From an uncultured Acidobacteriota bacterium (lineage in GTDB: Bacteria; Acidobacteriota; Thermoanaerobaculia; Multivoradales; UBA5704): a stretch of DNA of 64,000 nt. The stretch is taken from the NCBI GenBank assembly GCA_963770895.1, contig CAVYRF010000002.1, positions 3,712,001-3,776,000 on the forward strand. Reading direction: 5' to 3'. The notes under the pieces were generated by a model. That model was given only the letters and a program-made list of their open reading frames with translations, did not search any database and had not been told where the DNA came from. Of the stretch, positions 31,001-36,998 are shown piece by piece (the first letter of the stretch is position 1; every line of letters starts with the position of its first letter). The translations under genes and the position numbers were made by a program.

Positions 31001-32443
31001 CTGCTGCCAGGCCAGGGGGTGCAGCCCGCCGTCATCGCCGGCATGGCCGCCGAGCTGTATCGCCTGCAACCGCGCTTCCGCGCCGCGCTCGACCGTGCCG
31101 CGGAGCTGCTCACCCCTCACCTGGGCCGCGACCTGCGTCAGCTGCTGATGCCGGGCGGCGGCCCAGCGGAGGCCGCGGCGGCGGCGCGCCTGCTGGAGCG
31201 CTCCCGCTTCGGCCAGCCGGCGCTCTTCGCCGTCGAGCACGCGGCTGCCGAGATGTGGCTGGCCTGGGGCGTCCGCCCGGTCGCCCTGGCGGGCCACAGC
31301 GTCGGCGAGTACGTGGCGGCCTGCCTGGCCGGCGTCTTCACCTTGGAAGACGCGCTCGCCCTGGTGTCCCTGCGCGGCCGCCTGATCGACGAGGAGCCGG
31401 CGGTCGAACCGCTGGTGCGCGCCGTCGCCGCGGTGCCCCGCCGCGCGCCCGCGATCCCCTTCCTGTCGAACGTGACCGGCACCTGGATCCAGCCCGACGA
31501 GGCGACCGATCCCGCCTATTGGGGCCGCCACCTGCGCCAGCCCGTCCGCTTCGCCGGCGGCATGCGCACCCTGGCCGCCGCTCATGCCGATGTCGCCCTG
31601 CTGGAGGTCGGCCCGGGCGAAACCCTGGGGCGCCTGGCCCGCCGCGTGCTGGGCGAAACCGCCGCCGCCGGCCAGCGCACCGCCCTGGTCGTCGCCACCC
31701 TGCCCGAGCAGGCGCCGGCTGCCGGCGGCGACGCTGGCGGCGACGATGACGGTGAGCACCTGCTGCGCACGGTGGCCAGGCTGTGGCTGGCCGGCGTGGC
31801 CTTGGACCCCTACGCGCTCACCGCGCACCAGCGCCGGCGGCGAGTGGCGTTGCCGGGGCAGCCCTGGGAGCGCCGGCGATTCTGGCTGCCGCGGCCCGCG
31901 ATGCGGCCGGTCGCCGGCGGCGCGCTCGCAGCAGGGCCGCGGATCGCGGCCGGCGATACGGCGTCCGCCGCGGGGGAGGCTACGTCCACGCTGGAGCGCT
32001 CCACGCGCCCCGGCATGGCCGTCGACTACGTGGCGCCGCGGGTGGGCCTGGAAGCGCGCCTGGCGGAGATCTGGCAAGAACTGCTGGGCATCGACGGCAT
32101 CGGCCGCCACGACGACTTCTTCGAGCTGGGCGGCGACTCGGTGATCGGCCTGCGCGTCGCCGCGGTGGCGCGCGAGCAGGGCGTGCCGCTGGCGCCCGAA
32201 GACCTGTTCGCGTGGCCGACCGTGGCCGGCCTGGCGGAGCAGGTCGCTGCCATGCCTCTACGCATACCAACCGATCCGAGCGCTCCCGGTGCTGCGCTCG
32301 CACCGACCACCGCGGCCGCTCCGGCGCATCCGGCCGTTGCCGGCGCTGGCGGAGCCGGCGCCTCGCCGGACGACTTCCCGGACGCCGAGGTCAGCGAGCG
32401 CGACCTGGCGACGCTGCTGGCGCGCCTGGGCGCCGGCGGCTGA
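16046..32443 (+). CDS. Hybrid PKS/NRPS: KS-AT-KR(DH)-ACP-C-A(Val)-T-C-A(hydrophobic)-T-KS-AT*-ACP
   Basis: GTGA overlap. KS1 QTACSTS/HGTGT/NLGH. AT1 GHSVG + HAFH (malonyl). KR TGGLGGIG and YGAAN. DH EHRLLGNAVIP. C motifs HHLLLDGW and HHVAADAW. A codes DALWLGGTFK (Val-type) and DVFFLGAVFK. KS2 QTACSTS/HGTAT/NIGH. AT2 internally deleted. No TE. Confidence 0.95.
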   Translation: MSGFDPVPPPGLAGRAAQADDAGTPNNVGDADRTDRAIAVVGMAGRFPGAEDCEALWRNLCAGVESIRFWSSEELLRAGVAADVVARPEYVRARGLLDGVEDFDAGFFGWSPREAELTDPQHRLFLECSWQALEQAGCDPARYSGLLGVFGGSGVNHYLLRHLYPNRELMEQVGGFQASIHNRADHLATRVAYHFDLHGPAVSVQTACSTSLVAVALACQSLLSYQCDMALAGGVTITLPQVRGYLYREGGIESPDGHCRAFDARAAGTVEGDGAGVVALKRLADALADGDPIRAVILGAALNNDGAAKAGYTAPGLDSQAEVIATAHAVAQVEADSLGMVEAHGTGTQLGDPIEVAALTRAFRLTSKRRGFCALGSIKTNLGHLDAAAGIAGLIKAVLAVERGQIPPSLHFESPNPALNLDESPFYVNASLRPWPAAAAPRRAGVSSFGIGGTNAHVILEQPPARPAGGAAAPLPCQVLALSARSGPALEAATAQLLAHLRQLQASPEGLDAGRLADVAYTLQTGRALFAHRRVVVAEGVAGAIEALDTLDPERVFLRVQASGHRPVTFLFPGQGAQYPGMGAGLYAALPHYRREVDRCLAALEPPLAAELGELLRPAAAGAGGSGGGAAAGAPAAAGEEERKRAAGDRLAQTALTQPALFIVELALARQLMDWGVRPEAMLGHSVGEYVAACLAGVLTREDAVRLVALRGRLIQELPAGGMLTAILPERELAPRLTGGLALAAMNGPSLGVVSGPLDQVADLERRLSAEGVVTRRLHTSHAFHSAMMEPALPAFRAAVAALRLAAPQIPYLSNLTGTWITAAQATDADYWVEHLRRTVRFADGVLQLLREPQAVLLEVGPGRSLKTAARWHPAKTPQQVIETTLPHPREQRSDLAALCGALGRLWLAGVAPDWQRVHGGRRQLVALPTYPFERRRYWIEPPAETPAGRAAADATSRRADLADWFYRPVWREAPLAPHATAAAAIAANAVTAAGADAGTVAGASTAASAETAAVVGTAAGATTAAGAGAAGPLLVLTRGDAISERLAARLERAAGGVVRLLPGAAFAELDERRFLVDPRSHEDFASLLATLADRGLAPRAIVHLWCLPAVDGAVDVAGVAGAAGAGDELVLGFYSLTALARALAGRDLPPALPLLVVASGIHEVTGDEPLCAERAMLAGPVKVIPRELPGVVCRAVDVELPPQGGGTVAARRLERLIEQVAAELDAALTRQGEPLVALRGGRRWVLDYAPVRLPAAPRTAAAAQPGSDAALPLRERGIYLVTGGLGGIGLAVAEMLARDWRARLVLVSRRELPARELWAERLAASGRQAGRGAALQAERRLLARLIQLEDLGAQVWVASADVADAGAMRALVAAVRARWGSIDGVFHAAGVADGGMLQLRTPEASAAVLASKVAGTRALAAALAAGDSAPSASPAPGAPLAPPALIGQTAPVAPPAAPATLAQTDAPRLFVLFSSLSSVVGRFGQVAYGAANAFLDAFAHERSRAGGGLTVSINWGEWSGVGMAAAPAAGAAPGTADATAASDAAVVDHGAAGGGEMAAAQGAAGRHPLLDRSWVEPSGEEVFATDFSVDRHWVVDEHRLLGNAVIPGVAYFEIVRAALAGRAEGRALRFAEVVFVAPIRVRDSGSREVRLHLVPAGDGFRFAVRSVPEVEEGGGTEPRDHVMGQVAFAAAAAPPARDLAAIKGRLPRRVLFTEEDREDDLGPRWQNVRMAFIGEREVLTRLELADELAGDLATMRYHPALADRAAGVAKEYLIDGTYLPLTYGRLTIFRDLPARIYSHARYRPQDGSNLETATFDISILDDAGEVVAEIEEFTQKRVNDAAIQIRTYSVRREAAADAEAAEAPRGMSAAEGIEALTRVLAAGLGPQVAVSPRDLAAVIAQADAVAEERALAGLATAVGGAADSAAGAARPAHPRPALDTPYREPQTPTERAIAAAWQQQLGVEPVGADDNFFALGGDSVVAIQILAALRQVGLTLGPQQFFQHQTVAALALVAGELALPFSGAAGAGAAGVAGADTSGASGGMAAPAGTAAAAPLPSLGAADLTALGLAPQTIEDSYPVSPMQAGMLFHSAYHPHAGDYVEQVTWTVDGHLDDAAFAAAWAYVIARHPVLRTSFPAGGQEPLMQVVHRRVEVPLERRQVAAGALDRWLEVDRRLGFDPARAPLMRLVELIGDPLAGASGGTGASDAGSGGGASAAGDAVHAGDAGLAVGKEGGRRRFVWTYHHLLLDGWSAALVLGEVFAAFAAFAAGERPQLPPAPPYRDFLAWLARQNREAAAAFWRRTLAGLPAPSRQESTAVISGTVGTLDAGAGAGSRAAAEERYHSRRLALGTEASGRLRSLARRHRLTLNSIVSGAWALLLARRGAGDDVTFGGIVSGRPPELPGIEAMVGLLINTLPMRVRVEEDAPALAWLAGVQAAQVEARGFEHSSLADIRQWSGLPADRALFDSLLAFENLPEGELPAAGGGGPVLGGVGRSPGRTGLPLTVEIFPGVPLLIDVTAQEARCDRPQLARLALQLEQLLVDLGGLAGLPEADAAAAPVAALRSLPAAERHLLLHEWGGGAPLATRPEMAAAAGRSLVHERSADASLPVRAGIAVGAGAALVNTLGERFASWVALRPDAVAVHDGDLRLSYGELDRQAGRLAAVLAARGIGGETRVAVALPRGTQAVVALLAILRAGGAYVPLDRVAPIERLLWLLEDTGAAALIVPAAAPASVPPATSPSLSSAPPSQSSFPAISSSSPESAPPAPARRRGGEAASLASLATLASARWPSLAVVAVDAAGDLDAAGMQAQYAAAPAPALGRGLASADALAYVLYTSGSTGVPKGVAVPHGAVLRLIDGDCAAFSPDEVWAQLAPLSFDAATLEVWGALLHGGRLEVLPDEALSPRLLPGALASRGVTSLWLTAGLFQLLAEEAPESFAGLRQLLVGGDVVAPAAARAVLAAHPHLRLINGYGPTEGTTFTCCCRLDAAVAAAPALPIGRPIAGTRVLVVDERLRQVPVGIAGELCAGGSGLARGYLGRPDLTAASFIPDPAGAGAAGGGAAGERLYRTGDRVRFRPDGTLAFLGRLDSQVKIRGFRVEPSEVEAVLAAHPRVAQAAVVVAGAAGERRLVAWVAPAGGAAAPPLDPGELAAWLGERLPAYLVPASIMVADALPLTANGKIDRRRLADLPATMATTATAAAAGGAAAGEPAAAPAAEPPATATERRLAEIWARLLGAPVGDRRGNFFALGGDSLVALRASAHLRDAFQADVPLSRLFELPVLADLAAWIDGAQAAAGEDRASAGGAAGAAAADTADVLVPVSRAQPLPLSFGQQQLWLLDRLTPEQSQYNVAVAVELAGNLDAGALAAALRGVLARHEALRTRLVTPDGDDAGGEPHQVVMPAAPLPLPLIDLAALAPAGREGAAAGVRAAAEARPFDLASAPMLRATLLRLEPDRHLLLLVVHHVAADAWSLGVLLRDLAALYRPSAAPPPALSQHPAASPTASLQHQEQSPPLPALPIQYADFAAWQRRRLRGERLGALLDFWRERLAAAPPPLPLPLDRPRPALRSPAGALRALALPPDTLAALRRVAEPHGATLFMALAACFATLLLRATGETDLVLGTPVANRGRQDLEGLIGYFVNTVVLRLDLAGDPPFGELLERVRAAALDAFAHQEMPFERLVEELAPARDLALTPIFQVLFALQNAPLPAVELPGLRLTPRPALGGTAKFDLSLTVEQDVVGPAAVAEYARAVFDPPRIERLLGHFATLVEAAAQAPGQRIGALPLLSPAERHQLAVEWNDTQGAYPRDATLDGLVLAHAARAPEALAVVRGGGGAGAAEERLTYGELAARAARLARQLRDLGLRPGDLVGLGAERSLEMIVAMLAVLLAGGAYVPLDPEQPEERLRFVMADAGIRLVLAPASWLAARQASLGDHRSVPLDGVAAPAPAGAADTAARTAAEAAAPPPAGTLPLSPAYVMYTSGSSGRPKGAAVPHRAVARLLLGSNLVRLAPGDRVGNLCNPAFDVTVFEIWGALLNGATVVVIEPGETLALGDLAATVARRRIDVLFVPTALFNQLVEQEPEALAALGGLRQLLIGGEAADAVRVRQALPAMTGRLVNAYGPTEATVFASAWRLLDVAGDAVPIGRPLTNTRLHVLDAAGEAVPLGSAGELCVAGDALAAGYVGRPDLTAERFVPDPFAGRAAGARDGWNEPGGRLYRTGDRARLLADGTLQYLGRLDAQVKIRGFRIEPGEVEAALMRHPLVGAAAVGVRDDLPGGRQLIAYVTGEAVSAAELRSFLKDSLPSYMVPAHFVTVPALPLTANGKLDRAVLARIAAVLSPAASAAAAAGSGPPPRGVLEEEIAAVWREVLGVAAVGRDDNFFDLGGHSLLLAKVHARLRHRLAGLEALDLFRYPTIAALAAHLLPPPAVGTDVGASATTGLPSLPPLADYLRGAPVLPVAVGDVAVVGMAGRFPGAASVDELWRNLMAGARSMRQLSAADLDRAGVPAAERGAPGYVPVAATLDAIDQFDAAYFGLTPREAAVMDPQQRLLLECAVETLQDAGYEPASWRGRIGIFAGSAMNSYSLHVLAADHGANDLQARLGIEKDFLASRVSYRLGLEGPSIAVQTACSTSLVAVHLACRSLLAGECDLALAGGIALRNLYGEGYLHEPGGVLSPDGHCRSFDAAAAGTVAGDGVGLVALKRLADALADGDTISAVIKGSAVNNDGGGKIGYTAPGHRGQARVVRDALAAAGVDPRTVSYVEAHGTATSLGDPLEVAALAEAFAAGGAAGDGAACALGSLKSNIGHLDSAAGIAGLIKTVLALRHGAIPPSLDFTQPNQRIRFAGTPFHVATAAIDPWVGHGGVRRAGVSAFGIGGTNAHVILEQAPPAAAAAPDGGSQLLQLAAPSEAALARTAAALADHLARNPGLELADVAFTLRVGRRAAAHRLAVVSGDRAAAIAALRGQDPARLLRGTTRREPPVALLLPGQGVQPAVIAGMAAELYRLQPRFRAALDRAAELLTPHLGRDLRQLLMPGGGPAEAAAAARLLERSRFGQPALFAVEHAAAEMWLAWGVRPVALAGHSVGEYVAACLAGVFTLEDALALVSLRGRLIDEEPAVEPLVRAVAAVPRRAPAIPFLSNVTGTWIQPDEATDPAYWGRHLRQPVRFAGGMRTLAAAHADVALLEVGPGETLGRLARRVLGETAAAGQRTALVVATLPEQAPAAGGDAGGDDDGEHLLRTVARLWLAGVALDPYALTAHQRRRRVALPGQPWERRRFWLPRPAMRPVAGGALAAGPRIAAGDTASAAGEATSTLERSTRPGMAVDYVAPRVGLEARLAEIWQELLGIDGIGRHDDFFELGGDSVIGLRVAAVAREQGVPLAPEDLFAWPTVAGLAEQVAAMPLRIPTDPSAPGAALAPTTAAAPAHPAVAGAGGAGASPDDFPDAEVSERDLATLLARLGAGG

Positions 32444-32460
32444 ACCGCCGGCGACCTGCG

Positions 32461-34983
32461 ATGCCGGAAACCGCAACCACCGCACCTGCCGCCACGGCTG
32501 CCGCACCGGCGGCGGCCGCCGCCGGCGGCGCCGGGGCGGTCCTGGCCGACGTGCTGCGCGACCTGCGCTACGCCGTCCGCCAGCTGGTGGCAAAGCCGGC
32601 GTTCACCCTGACCGCCGGCCTGTCGATCGCGCTCGGCATCGGCGCCAACGTGACGCTGTTCACCTACGTCAACGCCGTCTTCCTGCAACCGCTGCCGGTG
32701 ACGCGTCCGGCGGAGCTGGTGGCGCTCTACACCTCCGACGCCGACTTTCCAGGCTACATCGAGTCGTCGTATCTCAACCTGCGCGATCTGCGTGCGGCGC
32801 GCTCGGTCTTCGCCGGCCTGGCGATGGAGCTGCCGGTGCGCCTGACCCTGCGCGGCGGCGGCGGCGAGCCCGAGCGTCTGGTGGGCGAGGTGGTTTCGTC
32901 GGACTACTTCCAGGTCCTGGGCGTGCGGCCGGCGCTGGGCCGCGCCTTCGTGCCGCACGACGACGACCAGCTGGGCGCCCACCCCGAGGTGGTGCTCTCC
33001 TACGGGCTTTGGCAGCGCCGGTTTGGCGGCGACCGGCGGGCTCTCGGCAGCGAGATCCAGCTCGACGGCCTGCGCTTCACCGTCGTCGGCATCGCCGCCA
33101 GGGGCTTCCACGGCACCAACGCCCTGGCCGACCGCGAGCTGTGGATCCCGCTCGCCATGCGCCAGGGCACCGTCGAAGCGCCCAGGATCGACTGGTTCAA
33201 GCAGCGCGGCGCCCTGATGCTGGGCGCCGTCGCGCGGCTGGCGCCGGGAGTCGGCGACCGCCAGGCCGCGGCGGCGCTGCATGGGCTGGCCGCCAATCTG
33301 CGCCAGGCCTACCCGGACGACAACAAGGGACGCGACGCGGTGCTGCTGCCGCTCGCCCAGGCCAGCCTGGACCCCAACACCCGCGGCAGCTACGTGCTGG
33401 GCGGCTGGTTCCTGATGATCATGGTCGGGCTGGTGCTGCTGCTCGCCTGCGCCAACGTCGCCAATCTGCTGCTGTCCCGCGCCCTGGCGCGCCAGCGCGA
33501 GATCGCCGTGCGCATCGCCCTGGGCGTCAGCCGCGGCCGCCTGGTGCGCCAGCTGTTCAGCGAAAACCTGCTGCTGGCGCTGCTGGGCGGCGGCGCCGGC
33601 CTGCTGCTCGCGCCGTGGGGCCGCCGCCTGCTGTGGAGGTTCCGGCCGGCGACCCTGCCCGAGGGACTGGACCTGTCGTTTCAGCCGCGGGTGATCGTCT
33701 TCGCCATCCTGGCCACGCTCGCGACCGGCGTCCTCTTTGGCCTCATGCCGGCGTTCCAGACCGCGCGCACCGAGGTGGTCGGCGCGCTCAAGAACCTGAC
33801 GCCGCCGCCGCGCCGCATGCGTTCGCGCAGCGCCCTGGTGGTCGGGCAGATCGCGCTGTCGCTGCTGCTGCTCATCGGCACCGGCCTGTTCCTGCGCAGC
33901 CTGCGCCAGGCCGAGCACATCGATCCGGGCATCGCCGCCGGCCACCTGCTGGTGCTGTCGTTCAATCCGGGCGCCGAGGGGTACGACGAGCGGCGCGGCT
34001 TGGACTACTGCCGCCGCGCCGTCGAGGTTGCCACGGCGCTGCCCGGCGTGCGCGCCGCCGCCCTGGGCGCCAACCGGCCGCTGGAACCCGGCCTGGGCGG
34101 GCGCTTCTTCATCGACGGCCGGCCCTCGCCCTCGCCGCGCGACGGCGCCGGCGTGCGCTCCACCAGCGTCGATCCCGGCTACTTTGCCGCCGTCGGCATG
34201 CCCATCCTGCGCGGCCGCGCCTTCACCGCTGCCGACCGCGACGGCGCGGCGCTCGCCGTGATCATCAACGACACCCTGGCGAAGCGCTTCTGGCGCGGCG
34301 AAAACCCGGTCGGCAGCCACCTCGGCTTCGCCGGCACCGACGAACATTTCACCGTCGTCGGCGTCGTCGCCGACGGCAAGTACGGCGCCCTGGGCGAGCC
34401 GCCCCAGGGCTATCTCTACTTCTCCCTGCTGCAGACTTGGAACGGCGCCGCCACCCTCTACGTCCGCACCACCGGCGACCCCGCCGCCGCCCTGGCGAGC
34501 GTCCGCGACGCCGTGCACCGGCTCGATCCCAACCTGCCGTTCGCCGGCGTCACCACCGTCTCCGAGCTGCTCTCCCGGTCGCTGTGGGCGCCGCGCGCCG
34601 CCGCCGCCATCCTGGCCTTCTTCGGTCTTCTCGGCCTCACCCTGGCCGCCCTGGGCACCTACGGCGTCATGTCCTACGCCGTCGCCCGCCGCCGCCGCGA
34701 GATCGGCATCCGCATCGCCGTGGGCGCGCCGCCCGCCGCCATCCTGGGCCGCATCCTGGGCGAAGGCCTCAAGCTCGCCGGCGCCGGCATCCTGCTGGGC
34801 CTGGCCGCCGGATTTGCCACCACGCGGCTGATCGCCACCTTCCTCTACGGCGTCAGCCCCCTGGATGCCGCCACCTTTCTGGGCACCTCCCTGGTCCTTG
34901 CCCTGGTAGCCCTGGTCGCCACCCTGCTGCCCGCCCGCCGCGCCGCCGCCGTCGACCCCCTGAGCGCCCTGCGCGCCGAATAG
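32461..34983 (+). CDS. Duplicated ABC transporter permease (MacB/FtsX, ADOP-like)
   Basis: DLRYAVRQL...LGIGANVTLF start. Two MacB periplasmic + FtsX repeats (ACANVANLLL...REIAVRIALG; RRREIGIRIAVGA). Ends VDPLSALRAE. ATG lies 18 nt after the PKS stop. Confidence 0.92.
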   Translation: MPETATTAPAATAAAPAAAAAGGAGAVLADVLRDLRYAVRQLVAKPAFTLTAGLSIALGIGANVTLFTYVNAVFLQPLPVTRPAELVALYTSDADFPGYIESSYLNLRDLRAARSVFAGLAMELPVRLTLRGGGGEPERLVGEVVSSDYFQVLGVRPALGRAFVPHDDDQLGAHPEVVLSYGLWQRRFGGDRRALGSEIQLDGLRFTVVGIAARGFHGTNALADRELWIPLAMRQGTVEAPRIDWFKQRGALMLGAVARLAPGVGDRQAAAALHGLAANLRQAYPDDNKGRDAVLLPLAQASLDPNTRGSYVLGGWFLMIMVGLVLLLACANVANLLLSRALARQREIAVRIALGVSRGRLVRQLFSENLLLALLGGGAGLLLAPWGRRLLWRFRPATLPEGLDLSFQPRVIVFAILATLATGVLFGLMPAFQTARTEVVGALKNLTPPPRRMRSRSALVVGQIALSLLLLIGTGLFLRSLRQAEHIDPGIAAGHLLVLSFNPGAEGYDERRGLDYCRRAVEVATALPGVRAAALGANRPLEPGLGGRFFIDGRPSPSPRDGAGVRSTSVDPGYFAAVGMPILRGRAFTAADRDGAALAVIINDTLAKRFWRGENPVGSHLGFAGTDEHFTVVGVVADGKYGALGEPPQGYLYFSLLQTWNGAATLYVRTTGDPAAALASVRDAVHRLDPNLPFAGVTTVSELLSRSLWAPRAAAAILAFFGLLGLTLAALGTYGVMSYAVARRRREIGIRIAVGAPPAAILGRILGEGLKLAGAGILLGLAAGFATTRLIATFLYGVSPLDAATFLGTSLVLALVALVATLLPARRAAAVDPLSALRAE

Positions 34984-35002
34984 CGGCGGGGGCGGCCGGC
35001 CG

Positions 35003-36994
35003 TCAGGTCTGCGGGTCGCGGTGGATGCGCCAGTAGACGGCGTAGCGCTCGTCGTACAGCTGGGCCAGGGGTTCCAGGGTGACGTCGCGATCCTGGCCGC
35101 GGGTGCGGAAGCGGAGGGGCTGATCGGGGACGGCGGCGATCCAGGTCGCGGGGTCGGCCGACCGGGTGCGGAAGGCTGGGGCGGCGACGGGGTCGGATTT
35201 GTATTCGGGGACGGTGCGCGGGGCGGTGGGTTCGGCGCGCAGGACGGCCGGCGTCAGTCCGGCGGTGCCCAGGCGGCCGGCCAGGACCAGGGGGCCGTAC
35301 AGGATCGCTTGCAGGGATTCGTCGTCGGGCATGGGCTGCGCGCGCAGCTGCATGGGCAGCGTCAGCTGCACCTGGTCGCCATCGTGCCAGGTGCGATCCA
35401 GGACCAGGTAGGCGCCGGGGGAGGCGAAGCTGTCCAGGCGCCTGCCGTTGAGGCGGACGGCGCCGCCGCGCGCGGTCCACGCCGGCACGCGCAGCCGGGC
35501 GGCGAACGACACCGGCTGGGCGACGCGAAAGGTGAGCGTCACGGTGTCTTCGGCGGGGAAGCGGGTGTCCTGGATCAGGCGCACGCCCCGCTCGCTCCAA
35601 TCCAGGTCGGACGCGATGTACTGGTTGACGAAGAGGCCGTCGGCGTCCTGGAAGTAGAGGTGCTCGGCGGCGCGCGCGAAGGATTCGCAGCCCGAGCCGG
35701 TGCAGCACCAGAAATCCTGCAACGGCGTGCCGAACAGCTTCCAATAGCCGGCGGCGAGCGGCACGTAGTACAGCTTCGATCCGTCGCGCGGATGCTGGGT
35801 GCCCAGGACGCCGTTCCAGAGCGCCCGTTCGGCGTAGTCGGCGCAGGCGGCGTCCGCGGTCCAGGCAAAGACGTGGCGGGTGAGCTTGAGCAGGTTGTAG
35901 GTGACGCAGCACTCCTGCGTGTAGCCGCTCAGCTCGCTGGCCAGGACGCCGGGGTCGGCGCCCCAGCTCTCGCCGTTGCTGGTGCCGCCGGTGCAGTAGG
36001 CGCGGCGGCTGGTGACCTGGCGCCAGAAGTACTCGGCGATCTGGCGGTAGCGCGGCTCACCGGTCAGTTCGTAGCGCCGCGCGGCGCCCAGGATCTTGGG
36101 GATGGTGGTGTTGACGTGCAGCCCCTTGAGCTCGTCGCGGCCGGCGGCCAGGGGCGCGAAGATGCGTTCGTGATCGAAGGCGTGGGCCAGCTCGCGCAGG
36201 TCGGCGTCGTCGTCGAGCGCCGACAGGTCGTAGAGCACCTCGTTCATGCCGCCGTACTCGCGTTCCAGGATCCGCGCCATGCCGGCCTCGCCCAGGGGGC
36301 GCACCCAGCGGCCGGTCCAGGCCGCCATGTCGCGCAGCATGGCGAGCGCCTGGCGGTTGCCGGCGTACAGGTACATGTCGAGCAGGCCGGCCATGATCTT
36401 GTGCAGCGTGTACCAGGGCGCCCAGACCTGCCTGCCGGCGCGCAGGCGGTCCAGGAACTCTTCGGGGAAAGCGCTCAAATAGCCGCTGCCCAGCGCCTGC
36501 TGGCACTTCGCCAGCTGGGCGACCATGGCGTCGCCGCGCGCCGTCACGTCTGCCGCGGCCGGACCGCCGCCCGCCCCGATGCGGGCGCACGCGGACAGGT
36601 AGTGGCCGGTGAAGTGGCCGCGCAGCTCGTTGACCGGGGCCTCCCAGCCGCCCAGCGGCACGGCGGTGGAGGGGAGGCCGGCAGTGACCCGGAACATGTG
36701 CAGAAGCCGGTCCGGGTCCAACCCCATGACGAACCGCTGATTCACCTGGGCGGCATCCAGGAACGGCCCCGGTCGCAGCCGCACCCGCGCCAGGTCGAAC
36801 GGCATCGCTACCAGCCGCGACGGCGGCTTGTCGGGGCCGATCGCGCCGCCGGTGGTGGCGCTGGTGGTGGTGTTGGCGGTCGCGAACCTCGGCATCGCCA
36901 CCGTGGCCGCCGCGGCGGCGGTGGCTGTGGCGGCCGCGGCGCCCAGGAACTGGCGGCGGGTGGGGCCAGGGCCGTTGCCGGGAGCGGCGGGCAT
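35003..36994 (-). CDS. Tat-exported glycoside hydrolase, GH127/GH146-like beta-L-arabinofuranosidase
   Basis: TRRQFL twin-arginine signal; GGWE...ELRGHFTGHYLSA, WAPWYTLHKIMAGL, EYGGMNE, ECCVTYN, FWCCTGSG. Confidence 0.88.
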   Translation of the reverse strand: MPAAPGNGPGPTRRQFLGAAAATATAAAAATVAMPRFATANTTTSATTGGAIGPDKPPSRLVAMPFDLARVRLRPGPFLDAAQVNQRFVMGLDPDRLLHMFRVTAGLPSTAVPLGGWEAPVNELRGHFTGHYLSACARIGAGGGPAAADVTARGDAMVAQLAKCQQALGSGYLSAFPEEFLDRLRAGRQVWAPWYTLHKIMAGLLDMYLYAGNRQALAMLRDMAAWTGRWVRPLGEAGMARILEREYGGMNEVLYDLSALDDDADLRELAHAFDHERIFAPLAAGRDELKGLHVNTTIPKILGAARRYELTGEPRYRQIAEYFWRQVTSRRAYCTGGTSNGESWGADPGVLASELSGYTQECCVTYNLLKLTRHVFAWTADAACADYAERALWNGVLGTQHPRDGSKLYYVPLAAGYWKLFGTPLQDFWCCTGSGCESFARAAEHLYFQDADGLFVNQYIASDLDWSERGVRLIQDTRFPAEDTVTLTFRVAQPVSFAARLRVPAWTARGGAVRLNGRRLDSFASPGAYLVLDRTWHDGDQVQLTLPMQLRAQPMPDDESLQAILYGPLVLAGRLGTAGLTPAVLRAEPTAPRTVPEYKSDPVAAPAFRTRSADPATWIAAVPDQPLRFRTRGQDRDVTLEPLAQLYDERYAVYWRIHRDPQT

Positions 36995-36998
36995 GGCC

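Noticed and set aside
15605-32110. Very long minus-strand ORFs (1534 aa at 15605..20209; 1872 aa at 26492..32110) and many other antisense or alternate-frame ORFs
   Set aside because: Shadow ORFs of high-GC coding DNA: Arg/Gly/Pro/Gln-rich, no motifs, and fully overlapping the clearly functional megasynthases
31783-32460. ORF-track N-terminal extension of the permease
   Set aside because: Overlaps the PKS C-terminus; low-complexity Arg/Gly translation
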